From positions 27,032,001 through 27,096,000 of the forward strand of contig OX597827.1 in the NCBI GenBank assembly GCA_951406725.2: a stretch of DNA of 64,000 nt, read 5' to 3'. Below, piece by piece: positions 27,014 through 41,328 of this stretch. The position numbers and the translations under genes were made by a program. The notes below the pieces were generated by a model. The model was not told where the DNA came from, did no database searches, and was given only the letters and a program-made list of their open reading frames with translations. The first letter of the stretch is position 1; every line of letters starts with the position of its first letter. This DNA is from Octopus vulgaris. Taxonomy: Eukaryota.

Positions 27014-28155
27014 GTTATTAAGACGGCGAGCTGGTAGAATCATTAGCATGCCGAGCGAAATGCTTAGCGATATTTCGTCTGCCGTTACGTTCTGTGTTCA
27101 AATTCCACCGAGGTTGACTTTGCCTTTCATCCTTTCGGGGTCGATAAATTAAGTACCAGTTACATACTGGGATCGATGTAATCGACTTAATCCGTTTGTC
27201 TGTCCTTGTTTGTCCCCTCTATGTTTAGCCCCTTGAGGGAAATAAAGAAATATATATTTCGTCGGCCACTACGTTTTGAGTTCAAATTCCACCAAGGTCG
27301 ACTTTGCCTTTCATCCTTTCGGGGTCGATAAATTAAGTACCAGTTATGTGTTGGGGTCGATTTGCTCGACTGGCCCCCTCCCACCGTCTTTATATTCTGG
27401 GCTCAAATTTCGCCGAGGTCGACTTCGCTTTTCATCCTTTCGGGATTGATAAATCCTTGGGTCGATGTAATCGACTTACCCCACCCCCGAAATTGCTGGC
27501 CTTTTGCCAGAATTTGAAACCATTATTATCAAAGCGGCGAGCTTGCAAAATCGTACGTGGTATTCCGTTCGTCTTCATGTTCTGAGTTCAAATTCCGCCG
27601 AGGTCGTCTTGGTCCTTTCATCCTTTCCGAGGTAGATAAAATAAGTACCAGTTGCGTACTGGAGTCAATCTAATCGACTGGCTCCCTCTTCCAAAATTTC
27701 GGGCCTTGTGCCTAGAATAGAAAAGAATATCTTAAATTATTAAGGCGGTGAGCTGGCAGAAACGTTAGCACGCCGGGCGAAATACTTAGCGGTATTTTGT
27801 CTGCAGCTACGTTCTGAGTTCAAATTCCGCCGGGGTCGACTTTGCTTTCATCCTTTCGGGGTCGATAAATTAAGCACCAGTTATGCACTGGGGTCGATAT
27901 AATCGACTTAATCCGTTTGTCTGTCCTTGTTTGTCTTCTCTGTGTTTATCCCCTTGTGGGTAGTAAAGAAATAGGTATTTCGTCTTTCTTTGTGTTCTGA
28001 GTTCAAATTCTGCCGGAGTCGACTTTGCTTTTCATCCTTTCGGGGTCGATTAAATAAGTACCAGGTATTCACTGGAGCCGATGTAATCGACTTAATCTCT
28101 TTGTCCTTGTTTTTCTCCTCTATGTTTAGTCCCTTGTGGGCAATAAAGAAATAAA
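26815..28155 (+). mobile_element. Head-to-tail array of SINE family B units (7 cores)
   Basis: Core GTCGACTTTGCCTTTCATCCTTTCGGGGTCGAT or variants near 26850, 27112, 27297, 27417, 27602, 27834 and 28018; heads near 27022, 27534 and 27743. Confidence 0.9.
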
Positions 28156-29097
28156 TATCTTAGATTAATGCCGCGGCAAACACGCTCGCATGCACTCACA
28201 CATACCCCCCACACACACACACACACAGATGCACATACATAATATGAAATACCCACACATTCACAATACATGTCTAAAAGTAGACTCCCATAAAAAAATA
28301 AAGTGCGACGTGCAAAAAGAAAAATGAACGCTGAACGATTTTTTGATGTTTTTTTTTTGTTTCTAAGTTTTTCGTATTTGCCTCTTTTTTATTCCAATAC
28401 TTGTTGTTGTTGTTCTTCCTTTTCTGCCAATCTTCTTTTTCCCCCCCTCTGTCTTCTGCTTCCTCTTGTCTCCTCCCCCTTTTACTCGCCCCACCTTCAT
28501 CATATTGCAGGCTGTTGCTGCTGTATCAATAGTTGTGGGTATTGTAGCTGTTGTTGTTCTGTTGCTACCATACACCCTCACCACACCCCCCACATACATA
28601 CCCACACACAAACACAAACTCAATCCCACCACCCTTGCAGCCCCAATCCCCCATCATCTTCCCACTTCGTTACGTCCCTTACTCGTTACTCTTTCGCCGA
28701 TGAATGGAAATGCATCATCGCAACGGTTGCTATTGTTTGTTGTATCTAATGTTCCTTGTTGCTATTTAGGGTGGTACCTCACTTGTTGCTGTAGTTGTTG
28801 TTGTCGTCGTTGTCGTCGTGGTTTTAGTGGTGGTGGTGGGGGGGGGGAGTTGCTATTTTTGAAATGTATTTTCACTTGCTGTTCTGTGTTTCTTTTGTGC
28901 TTGCTAGACGTTACTTGTTGCTATTTTGTTGCTATTTTACAAACGTGTTTGCACCTGTTGTTATTCTCTCGTGAATATTGCTAACGTATTGAGCCTGGTG
29001 TTGTCGGATTTATTATTGTCTGCAATGTTGCTTTTTTGCCATTAATGTTATTGCGAACCTCTCTTGCTGTTTAAAATTATTGTTGTTTATGTCAATA

Positions 29098-29260
29098 TTC
29101 TTTTCTACTCTCTTGAGGAGAGGGAGCCTGTCGATTACATCGACCCCAGTGCGTAACTGGTACTTATCTAATCGACCCCCGAAAGGATGAAAAGCAAAGG
29201 ACGAAATACCACAAAGCATTTCGCCCGGTGTGCTAATGGTTCTGCCATCTCGCCGCCTTT
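29098..29260 (-). mobile_element. SINE family B, internally deleted
   Basis: TCGACCCCAGTGCGTAACTGGTACTTA...GAAAGGATGAAA...TCTGCCATCTCGCCGCC. Confidence 0.8.
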
Positions 29261-30226
29261 GTTTATGTCAATTTTATACTGTGAGGATGTTGTTATTGAT
29301 ACGGTAGTGGTGGTATTGTAGGTGGTGGTATACGTAGTGTTGGTGGTGGTGGTAGTGGTAGCAGTTATGGTGTTGGTGTCGGGGTAGTAGCAGTAGTAGT
29401 AATGTTGATGCTGGTGAAGATTGTTATGATGATAGCATTGTGGTGGTGGTAGTGTCCGTAGTGACGATGGTAGCGATGTTGTAGTTATGCAGTGGTCGTA
29501 GTGGGGACAGTGGTAGTGCTAACGATGGTGATAGTAGCGTTGGTGGTGGTGGTGGCGGCTGTAGTGATGGTGGTGGTCGTGATTTTGTTAGGGCCTCGTC
29601 TTTTTCTTATTGTTGTATTTGTTGTTTGTTACTATTGTTGTTGCTGTTTTTGCTGATGACGACGATGGCTTATTTATCATTTTTGTCATCTTTCTAACGC
29701 AGCAGATACCCGCCGATGTTGCTGTAGTTGTTGTTGTTGTGGTCGTCGTTGCTGTTATTGTTGCTGTTTTTGTTGTTGTTGTTGTTGTTGAGATTTCCAC
29801 TAAAGAGAACGCTCTCATTATTATTGTTTCTGCCATGCAGAAGCATGATGGTGGCGATGGAGGTGGTAGTGGGGATGCGTGAAGATGATGATGATGATGA
29901 GGAGGAGGAGGAGGAGGAGGAGGAGGAGGTGGAGGAGGAAGAGGAGGAGACTGTTGCGTGAGGTGGAATGTTTGCGGTTTGTGATGTAGATTGGTAGGGA
30001 GTCTAGTGCTACTGACGTGTCGATCTTGAAAGAGAGAGAAGGGGGAGAGGGGAGAGAAGACGGTGTCATAATGGTAAATGGTAAATTGGAATGCCTTAAC
30101 GCCATTGCAATGCCTTTTTGTACTCGACTGTACGTAAGTTCTTGTGTATGTGGCGTGTCTTTGAAGTGGAGAAGGATCTAGGAAGATAGAGACAGAGAAT
30201 GTGTTTGTGTTTGTGCATGAACGTGT

Positions 30227-30259
<33 letters not shown>

Positions 30260-31001
30260 GAGGAGAAAGCGAGGAAAAAATTTGGGGGAGAGATAGGGTG
30301 GGCTGAATGTGTTGGTGGAATGTTTGGAGAAGGAAAAAAATTTACTTCGGTTCATTGAATTATGATGGAAAGATGTAAATGCATTTTGCACTTGTATCGC
30401 AAGAACATATTTCCCTTACTTCTTCTCTGTTCCATCTCTGTTTCTCAATTGTCACGTCCTCATACGCGCACGCACATAAACTAACACACGCACGCGCGCG
30501 CAAAGAAACACGCTATTCCTGTATTTCCACCATAAACATTTTTCAGCAGACTAAATATGTATCGTAATGCAGAAGCTATCATAAAAGAAGCACAGCTTAC
30601 CTCGACTAAACTGAACTCCCAACGTAGTATGAAAACATCTTCAGGGCATGATTGAAGGCAATTTCGGAGAAAGGTCTATACAACCATACTTTCTTTAAAC
30701 TCATTGAGGGGAAAAAGATGACAAAATATGCCAAATGCATTTAGTAATTCAGAAACCTTCCTATCACACTATTAAGATGATCTTACAAAAAAAATAGCAA
30801 GTGATATTTCCACAACTGACTTCTACATAACTGTTAGCTTCGAGATTTTCGGAAAATGCAGACACTTCGAGAAACATCTATATATAACTGACACGTAACA
30901 CAAGTACCTGTAACACAACTATGGTCACTAAAGCCTCTAGTTTCTACCATTCACCACAATATCAATTAATTAAAATACACGCGCGAGCAAGTGTGTATCA
31001 C

Positions 31002-31148
31002 TTAATGTACTCTACATTAAGATAAGAGCTAGTAATAGTTTGCAGCCATTGAGACACGTGCCTAGGCATGTTATAAAAATCTGCCTAACCACATGTCTCA
31101 ATGGCAAGAAACTATAAGTAGCTTTTATTTTAATACAATGTACATTAA
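31002..31148. repeat. 147-bp imperfect palindrome bounded by TTAA (candidate MITE or hairpin)
   Basis: Arms of about 65 bp: TTAATGTAC...GCCATTGAGACACGTGCCTAGGCA / TGCCTAACCACATGTCTCAATGGC...GTACATTAA. Confidence 0.8.
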
Positions 31149-31990
31149 ACAATATTTATTTCTCACTGAATGGAGTACTTTTTTGTTGAACTTACATTAA
31201 CAGAACAATAAACTATACATGTACATGTGTGTGGTGGGGTGCGTATGTCTGAGTGTGTATGTGTGTATCATTGATGGTGTTCTCTATTTTTTCATAGAGT
31301 TCCCTTTTCATTTTCTATTTCCCCTCCGTTTTTTCCCTTTTTATCTGACCTCTTTACCTTAATTCTTCCTCTTTTTTGCACTTTTATTTATTTATCACAT
31401 TCATTAAGCTTCTCATTTTTTTCTCTTTTTGAGATTTAAATGTTCTATAAAATTATTTTTCCATCCTCTGAGAGTAATGTCCCCCATAATTGATATTTCC
31501 CACAATCCTACAAGCAGGAAGGATATGTTTATTTTTTCACACAGAGGCACACACACATAGGCACACACACAATACTCACACACACAGAGGCACACACACA
31601 ATACTCACACAATACTCACACACACAGAGGCACACACACAATACTCACACACACAGAGGCACACACACAAGCGCACACACACAGAGGCACACACACATAC
31701 ACACACACACAGGCACACACACACACACACACACAGAGGCACACACTCCCACATATATGCATCATAAAACAGCAATGTTATCGATCATTATCACAACTAC
31801 GACCGTTACTAATATGTCTTAAAAATACGAAATATATTCTGGTAGGATAAACGAAAAAACTGGATGGTCACGGATGGAATTCCTATCATCACAGATTTGC
31901 AGGATAACAACATCAATAACATCAACAACATTCTTCTTCAACTTCATCCTGATGCAATAGAACATTTATTTTCTGTGTTATTGTTATACA

Positions 31991-32042
31991 TCTTATGACA
32001 GGTCTTATACGTCTTATGACAGGTCTTATACGTCTTATGACA
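31991..32042. repeat. 21-bp minisatellite, about 2.5 copies
   Basis: TCTTATGACAGGTCTTATACG repeated. Confidence 0.9.
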
Positions 32043-32425
32043 TGTTTTAGACATCATATGGTGACGTGTCTCAAAATGTCTGTGGAAACCTCAAACATCG
32101 TAGAATTCATCATAACACGTTGCAGTTAAATAAAGTTAAGGAAATCAATGTGAAGTAATTATTATGGCATAACAGGATTCCTGTTTACCAATTTAGATAT
32201 CATTCAGTTTATATTTCTGCTGAACAGAAATCGATCTTCGTACAGGAGGATCCCCCCCATCTTCTCTATCTCTCTTTCTCTCTGTCTTGCGCTCACTTTT
32301 ATGTACACATACTGAAGTAAAATTAAATTTGCAAACTAAAGTATTAAATTATAAACACTTTTCTTTATTGGTAAATATATATACATATATATACATACAT
32401 ACATATATATATATGTATATATATC

Positions 32426-32461
<36 letters not shown>

Positions 32462-32625
32462 CTAATATACACATACGCATATGTATATGTATATATGTGT
32501 ATATATAGCTGCATATATAAATACTTACGTATATATGTATAGAGATGTATATATTTTTGTATATTTGAATAAATCTATATATATTTACTTACATTTTACA
32601 TATATCTATACATTCATATATATAA

Positions 32626-32685
<60 letters not shown>

Positions 32686-32771
32686 AAGAGTAAAGAAGTG
32701 TAAGTTTAAAATTTAATATTTCTGTCTACAAATTTGTCATATACACAAACACGCAACCACACGCACAAATG

Positions 32772-32806
<35 letters not shown>

Positions 32807-32849
32807 ATATATACATGTATGTATATATATATATATATTTGTATATATA

Positions 32850-32903
<54 letters not shown>

Positions 32904-33086
32904 GGCCAAAACGTTCAGTTCGGTTGATTACTGTTTAACAAGACAGGAAGAAGACAGATATAAAAGGAGGAAGGGGCGGGGGGAGGCGTAAATCAAACAA
33001 ATAAATGACAAAATAAAGAAAACAAAAACAATAAAACAAAATGCATTACAAACCAACAGAAACACAGCAAACATTCCAAACTCTTC

Positions 33087-33118
<32 letters not shown>

Positions 33119-33334
33119 TTCTCTCTTCTCTATCAGTAGACCAAGAAGAAGAAGGAGAAGATTCTAAGATTCTTGATGTAAATCACAAAAATAAACAACT
33201 TTGATGAATATAATTTCGTAAAGAAACACAAATAAAAAAAACAAGCAAACAATAACATAATATAAAAAAAGAATCAACATAGCAACAACAATAACAATAC
33301 TAACAAATTTTCAGAGAGAAATTTACAAAAATAC

Positions 33335-33404
<70 letters not shown>

Positions 33405-34239
33405 TAATAATAATAATCGGTCGCAATGAGTCAACATTTGAAACGGACGCCATTTTGTTGAGCAGCTGAACGTTGGTTTCGTGTTATCTTTGGAGTTAAT
33501 GTTTGCTGTTAAGATTAAAATGTCGATGGTTAAAACATTCCTTCAGGAATGGTGAGAAAATGTAACGAGAATGGGTGGATGTGGGGACGATGTGAGGATT
33601 GTATGTGTGTGTGTGTGTTGGTAAAGGGGTGGTTGAAGTGGAGTTGCAGGATGAGAAAGAAAATAAACTACGCCCTTCACCCGCCTTTTCTTTTTGTTGT
33701 TCTCTTCTTCACCAATGTTTCTGTGGTTCTTCTTCCTTTTATCCTTTTCCTTTTGTTTCTTTTCTTTTATTTTTTTTTTGGTTTCTTTCAAAAAAAAAAA
33801 TAAACAGTGTCTTTTGTTTTTATCGATAACGACAACGACGATGAGGTTTTTGTGGTTGTGCGGGTAAAATCTACCAGTTTCATACGCAGTGAGCGCAGGG
33901 TGTCGTGAGGAGAACGCTATTAGTTCCCTGACAACAACAGTAGGTGCTCTAAACATGTTAAATAGTCCTTATAGACAACAAATAAAACATCTGCCGTTTA
34001 AGTTATTTTAATAGAGAGCAACATAAAAGAATCTACGCAGTTGGTCGCTCGATTTCGACAGAGATATTAATAGCAGCCAAATTTCCCGCAAATCTCACAC
34101 TGTCTTCTTAAAAAAGAAGAACACTGAAACAATGAGAGGGTCCTTGAATTTAAGGGCTTAAAAGTTTCTTTGCAGCTCGTCGGTCAATCTCCTCCTGTTC
34201 AAAATAGGTGACACGCTTACTATGCGAATGATAATAGTA

Positions 34240-34302
<63 letters not shown>

Positions 34303-34454
34303 ATGGTTTCAAATTTTGCCACAACTTTGGGGGAGGGGTTAAGTCGGTTATGTTGACCCCAGTGTACATCTAGTACTTATTTTATCAACCCCGAAAGGAT
34401 GAAAGGTAAAGTCGACCGCAGCGGTATTTGAACTCAGAACACTGCGTCGGATGA

Positions 34455-34456
<2 letters not shown>
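34303..34456 (-). mobile_element. SINE family B partial
   Basis: GGTTTCAAATTTTGCCACAA...CCCCGAAAGGATGAAAGGTAAAGTCGACC...TTTGAACTCAGAAC. Confidence 0.8.
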
Positions 34457-34549
<93 letters not shown>

Positions 34550-35154
34550 AGATGACGATGAAAAATCCAGCTGAAAAAGAGCACTTCAATACTGTGACTG
34601 CCCCAGCATGGTCGCATTCCAGTGGCTGAAGATAGTAAAGATAAGTGTACACTCACACACACACACACACACATACACACGCACACACACACACACACAC
34701 ACAGACACACACACACGCACATACACACACAGCTCAAATAATATCAAATAATATTACCTATTTATATAAATGGAGGCTTTGTGTCAGGATCATCTCAGAT
34801 TTCGCATTCTCGTTATATATTCGTGTCTAAGAGTATACATGTGTGTGTGTGTATGTGAGTATGCGTTTGTATGTGTATGTACACGGATGTGCGAAGGTGG
34901 GTATTTATAGCTCCTTATCCATCTTTCGCTCTATTTCCCAAATACACTCACATACACGCATACACAGGAACAAGATCAGTCATACATGCATACATACATA
35001 CATACATGCATATATATATATATACGCGCGCGCATATACACACACACATGCACACACACTGTTTTCTTAATATCTCTCCGTTTCATTTACGCACTAATCA
35101 TTTTTCTCCATTAACATATATACACATACGTATATACATACATGCATATATGTG

Positions 35155-35197
<43 letters not shown>

Positions 35198-35206
<9 letters not shown>

Positions 35207-35273
35207 CATATATCTACATATATACACACTTATACTTAAGTATATACAAATCATATATTCATATTATTTACCC

Positions 35274-35304
<31 letters not shown>

Positions 35305-35422
35305 CATACACACACATATATATATATGTATGCATATATCTACATATATACACACGTATACTTAAGTATATACAAATCATATATTCATATTATTTACCCA
35401 TATATATATATATATATATATA
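35198..35422. repeat. Local tandem duplication, period about 126 bp
   Basis: TATGTATGCATATATCTAC...TATTATTTACCCATATA occurs twice, separated by (TA)n. Confidence 0.88.
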
Positions 35423-35906
35423 TACCCACACGCACAGAGCGAGGGAGGGAGCGACATAGTCTATGTAATTTGTTATCACTCTTCCGCTCTATTTCACACA
35501 CATATAAACGCACACACACACATACACACATACACACACACACACGTATATTCAATCATATTGATACATAGTAACACTCAACATCTCCCTCCATCTCTCT
35601 CTCCCTCCTTCCTCTTTCCAACACTCAAACACACACATTATCATTTAAAGGTTGTTATTTTTTCAACGTATTGACGGAAAATTTCATTCTAAATTGGTGG
35701 AACCAACATCTGTTGAGTAGCAGAACGATTCTAACAGACAGCCAACTTCTATCCCTGATCAAAAACTAAAGTCTGTCTCTAACTAAAAATGGCGACCAAT
35801 GTTTTCGTACTTTTAGCTTCTCATGAATAAATTTTGTAAATCATTCACAAATCTCTATTTCTCCTTTCTAATGATATTTAACACTCTTTCTCTTTCTTTC
35901 TTTTTT

Positions 35907-35996
<90 letters not shown>

Positions 35997-36030
35997 CTTC
36001 TTTCTTTCTTTGTTTCTTTCTTGGTTTCAT

Positions 36031-36098
<68 letters not shown>

Positions 36099-36360
36099 CC
36101 CCGAACAATGTGTCATTATATATATATATATATTGTTCATTGTAATGCAGACAGAAAAGATTCGAATTCTTTGAAATGTATTTTTCTGTATTGCATTTAA
36201 AGGACTTTTTATTCCATCATTATATTGCAGTTGCATTGTCTTGGGAGGGCCATTTTGCCAATAAGAAACACATGCACTGGTTGTATAGAACTTCTTCCTT
36301 TTTCCCTTCTTCATATTATTATCATTATTATTACCATTCTTCTTCTTCTTCTTCTTCTTC

Positions 36361-36463
<103 letters not shown>

Positions 36464-36482
36464 CATCATGGCTATTATTATT

Positions 36483-36935
36483 GAGTGAGAGAGACATCAA
36501 AGTGACACTAGGGTACAAATATACGAAGCCCATTATACCCATCATGACTACCTGTCTGATAAGGGTACACAGGAACATGCATCACAACCACATGTGCACG
36601 ATATAGTGATCTCATATCAAGATAAACAGCACATAATCTTGTAGGTGGGACCTAGCTAGAATATTCTTCAGGGTGAGTAGCCCATCCCGCTCAAAACGTC
36701 CCTGAATAAGGTTTGCTTAAGGATATTGAACGAAACACCCATGTTTCTCGAGGTGACTTATCCAAACACCAAAGAATTCCTCTCTTCACATGGCTATGAT
36801 GCTTCCCCACTACTTCTGTTTATCATCAGAGATACACATATCGTTAGCCACCAAGGGAAATGTTCAACTGATAAGGTCAAACAACTGACATGCAAAACTG
36901 AGGTATTGAGCAGAATATTTACTGCAGCCCATCTT
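36483..36935. mobile_element. Unclassified interspersed repeat abutting (TTA)n, copy 2
   Basis: Homologous to 12754-13216. Confidence 0.8.
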
Positions 36936-37403
36936 TTATACCAATCACTTAAGATGGAAAGCCATGTGAGCCACAGCCTGGTGGCTCTAAATTAGACTCT
37001 TTTTAATTAGTTAAGAACTGAACACCATTTTAGTTAACCATTCTTAAACCTTCGAATTCAGTGGTAAGAAACTCTCAAAAGACCTGATCAGAAGGTCTTC
37101 AGAGAAGCGAAACCCACCTCTCTCAGGACCTTAACTTAACTGCATATTAAGGGTACCGGACCACATCCAGACCATGACTCCTGGGTGCCCTTCTACTGAC
37201 AAATTTTAGCCACTTAGATATGGGAGACACGTGCATTTAAACCGCTTGGAGATTTCATCAAGTTAGATCTTTTCTCCGTTCACTTAGCTTTCAAACTGAT
37301 ACTTAAGGAAGAAATAACTTTGGCAACCGTCATAGTAGCGGAGAAACGTGAACGCTACCAATAATGGCTCATTCAGAGTTACTTCCCTCAACATAAAGCA
37401 AAA

Positions 37404-37806
37404 CTATTCTTTTCTACTCTAGGCACAAGGCCCAAAATTTTGAGGGGAGGGGGCCAGTTGATTAGATCGACTCCAGTACGCAACTGGTATTTAATTTATC
37501 GACCACGAAAGGAGAAAGGCAATGTCGACTTCGGCGGAATTTGAACTCAGAACGTAGCGGCAGACAAAATACCTATTTCTTTACTACCCACAAAGGGCTA
37601 AACTCAGAGAGGACAAACAAGGACAGACAAACGGATTAAGTTGACTATATCGACCCCAGTGCGTAACTGGTACTTATTTAATCGACCCCGAAAAGATGAA
37701 AGGCAAAGTTGACCTCGGCGGAATTTGAACTCAGAACGTAGCGGCAGACGAAATACCGGTAAGCATTTCGCCTGGCGTGCTAAAGTTTCTGCCAGCTCAC
37801 CGTCTT
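37404..37806 (-). mobile_element. SINE family B, complete dimer
   Basis: Two cores with the GGACAAACAAGGACAGACAAACGG linker; head TCTGCCAGCTCACCGTC. Confidence 0.88.
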
Positions 37807-37865
37807 ATAACGGAATATATATAACGGAATATATATAACGGAATATATATAACGGAATATATATA
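37807..37865. repeat. 14-bp minisatellite, 4 copies
   Basis: AACGGAATATATAT repeated. Confidence 0.9.
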
Positions 37866-37879
37866 TATATATATATATT

Positions 37880-38274
37880 ACTCTTTTTACTCTTTTACTT
37901 GTTTCAGTCATTTGACTGCGGCCATGCTGGAGCACCGCCTTTAGTCGATCAAATCGACCCCGGGACTTATTCTTTGTAAGCCCAGTACTTATTCTATCGG
38001 TCTCATTTGCCGAACCGCTAAGTAACGGGGACATAAACACACCAGCATCGGTTGTCAAGCAATGCTAGAAGGACAAACACAGACACACACAAACACACAC
38101 ACACACACATATATATACATATATACGACGGGCTTCCTTCAGTTTCCGTCTACCAAATCCACTCACAAGGCTTTGGTCGGCCCGAGGCTATAGTAGAAGA
38201 CACTTGCCCAATGTGCCACGCAGTGGGACTGAACCCGGAAGCATGTGGTTGGTAAACAAGCTACTTACCACACA

Positions 38275-38279
<5 letters not shown>
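37880..38279 (-). mobile_element. SINE family A, near full length
   Basis: Reverse complement nearly collinear with 62339-62760; (TA)n on both sides. Confidence 0.92.
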
Positions 38280-38356
<77 letters not shown>

Positions 38357-38357
<1 letters not shown>

Positions 38358-38432
38358 CAAAAACTGTCTGATGAACGGCAACGAGAAACTCAGAGTAACA
38401 GATTTTGTTGAATTTTCTGCTGCTTAAAATAA
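38357..38432 (+). mobile_element. Short Penelope-like terminal fragment (family P3) with decayed minimal hammerhead motif
   Basis: CTGT-CTGATGA-ACG-GCAA-CGA-GAAA-CTC-AGAG at 38364-38395. Downstream GAGTAACAG..TTTCTGCTGCTT is shared with 58881-58915. Confidence 0.55.
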
Positions 38433-38435
38433 TAC

Positions 38436-38502
<67 letters not shown>

Positions 38503-38503
38503 C

Positions 38504-38670
<167 letters not shown>

Positions 38671-38757
38671 CATATATATATACATATATATATATACATA
38701 TATATATATACATATATATATATACATATATATATATATACATATATATATACATAT

Positions 38758-38815
<58 letters not shown>

Positions 38816-39124
38816 CCTTGAAACGGTATGAAGGCTGTTTTTGTTCCTTCTCGACCAGATCCAGTTGTATCTTTTCCAAAGGATCGAACATTTGCTGACT
38901 TCGACAATGAAATCTCTCCACCCTGATGATTTTTACCTTGCTTCGGTGTCCTGCAATGTATTGAAGAGGGCATCACACTATTCGGGTGCGACCTTTTACA
39001 CTGTCTTTTTCATTTTTTACTTGTTCCAGTTATCGAATTACGGCCATACTGGGGCATCATCTTGAAGGGTTTAATCAATCCCAGTACTTTTTTTTTGCCA
39101 AAACCGCTAAATTACGAGAAAGTA

Positions 39125-39417
39125 GGAGAGTATTGTAGTTCGCTTGAAGCATTGTGCATTGTTTGTAAAGAATAAAATATTTTGAATGACACTACAATGC
39201 ACTATAATACAAACAATGGACTATAATAACTGTTGTAATTTAATCATCCATAGTCTGATATGATATATCGGAATAAAATCCCTTCTTCAGATAACCCTAG
39301 GAATTGATGGAGTCACTGCTATAATCAGACTATGAATGATTAAATTGCAACAGTTATTATAGTCCATTGTTTGTATTATAGTGCATTGTTGTGTCATTCA
39401 AAATAGTTTATTCTTTT
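39125..39417 (-). mobile_element. Penelope-like family P1 insertion with inverted terminal duplication and 10-bp TSD, nested in a SINE A
   Basis: TSD CGAGAAAGTA at 39115-39124 and 39418-39427; inverted arms 39167-39259 / 39324-39416; hammerhead-like TTAT-CTGAAGA-A-GGGAT-TTT-ATTCC-GATA-TATC-ATATC on the minus strand between the arms. Confidence 0.8.
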
Positions 39418-39716
39418 CGAGAAAGTAAACAAACTGACACCGGTTGTCATCCCTCTCTGAGATTTACGGTGGATTTCTTCCAGGAGATGAGAGAGACAGA
39501 AAGAAAGAGTTAAAGAAAGAGAAAATGGAGCCCAGTAATACGAATGGCACTTAATATATTAACTCCTACCCCCTCACACTCACAGAGTAAAAAGAAAGGA
39601 TGAAAGAAAAGGCTACAGTAGAAGATACTTGGCCATGGTGCCATGCGGTGGTACTGAACCTGGAGCCATCTGGTTGGGAAGCAAGCTTCTTAACACAGAG
39701 CCACTCTTGCACTTGC

Positions 39717-39825
<109 letters not shown>

Positions 39826-41328
39826 TCTATGCATGTATATATATAATACTTGTGTGTAAGTGTGTTGTGTGTGTCTGTGTGAAAGATACTGCCAGCTGCA
39901 AGAACAATAGTCAAAAAGAGGAATTGTGGTGTGATGTGTCATCGTTACACTTGAAAGACCAATTAATAATTGTAAAGAAAATTCTTTAACCACAGGTGTT
40001 GTGTATGAAATTAAATACCTATCACGTTTCTTCCTCGCTTGATTACATTTCTTAATTAGCTGACACCTTCTTGTTCAACTGGCAACACCATGTTTTAAGA
40101 GTTTATGTTACAACAATCTGAACGGAACCGGAGATCCGGGTTCGCTTTTCGTTTGAATCATTATATTTCATATCCACAACCCGTTTCAATGTCAGAGGTT
40201 TCTACCTGGTTCTTAATCTGTTAAAGACAGCACCCGAGTCTTCTTAAGATGTCGTCCTAATGTCTTTGAAAGGGGTACGTTGGATGATGTGGTTATTGGT
40301 TGTCTGTAGTCGTAAAAGGACAGGATGGTCACATCCGGAATACATTTACTCAAATATATTCAATCAGAAGCTAAAATTCAATAACAACGGGCATTGAATG
40401 GTGAAGCCTCTACATGGTTACACGACCTGCTAGAAATAAGATGCAATCTCATCCTAAAACCCTGCAATACGTTAAAAAAATCAAAAGAAATCTATATATG
40501 AATAAATGATTGACCTAGAAGTACAGATGTTGTTTACCCGAGGTCATCCCTACTCGAGCAAACCTATGATAAAAGGCCTTCCTACAGTGAACATTAATTT
40601 GTGTATGTGTGTGTGTATGTGTGTGTGTGTATGTGTGTGTGTGTGTGTCGGATTAATATTTTCCAATATGTCTTCCCTTCTTTTTAACATAGTATGGTGA
40701 GATTTGAGGCAATTTGATTGTTATTTCTAGCAGGGCGCGGGTCCATGTAGAGACTCCCTTGTTGACTCGTCAACTTTGGATTATAACAAACAGCAACTTA
40801 GAAGGAATTGAGAATAATAAAGCCTTTCACACGCTTTCTACGAAGGCAATGAAAGAACAATGAAGTCCAGGTTAGCTAAATCCTCACCTGATGACTAAAA
40901 ACTGAAACTGCCTGCCAATGGAGAACCCTCTGACAGTTTCTGCTGGTTCTGTTTTCGTGTCTGATTCTCAAGGATTACTCACCAATATTTCTTTCCGCAG
41001 TTCTATTTAGATAAATTATTTGGTAATACCTACGACTACACTGGTTACTCATCGACTTCTCTATATTTCCTAACATTTTGCCTGCCCTGTTTATCACATT
41101 TTCCTGACGTCCATGCAACATATATGATACGCATTTCGAATTCTTTTCTCAAACATCAGAACAACTTGAGATTTATGAAAGGCAAACTTTTGTTTTACTC
41201 AGAACGTATGAAACAAGGATTAGCCACAAGTCTGAAAACAAGCATGGACGGTTCAAACAAGTTTATGAAAATGCTTTGGACAAAGAGGTGCAAGTCATAG
41301 AACGTAATGGTTCCATCGGTTTTCGCAG

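Noticed and set aside
29588-30391. 267-aa minus-strand ORF with poly-Pro/His/Thr
   Set aside because: Kept open by trinucleotide and CA repeats; no domain signal.
40875-40910. CTGATGA...GAAAC; similar partial motifs near 57626 and 52275
   Set aside because: No convincing stem I or II pairing.
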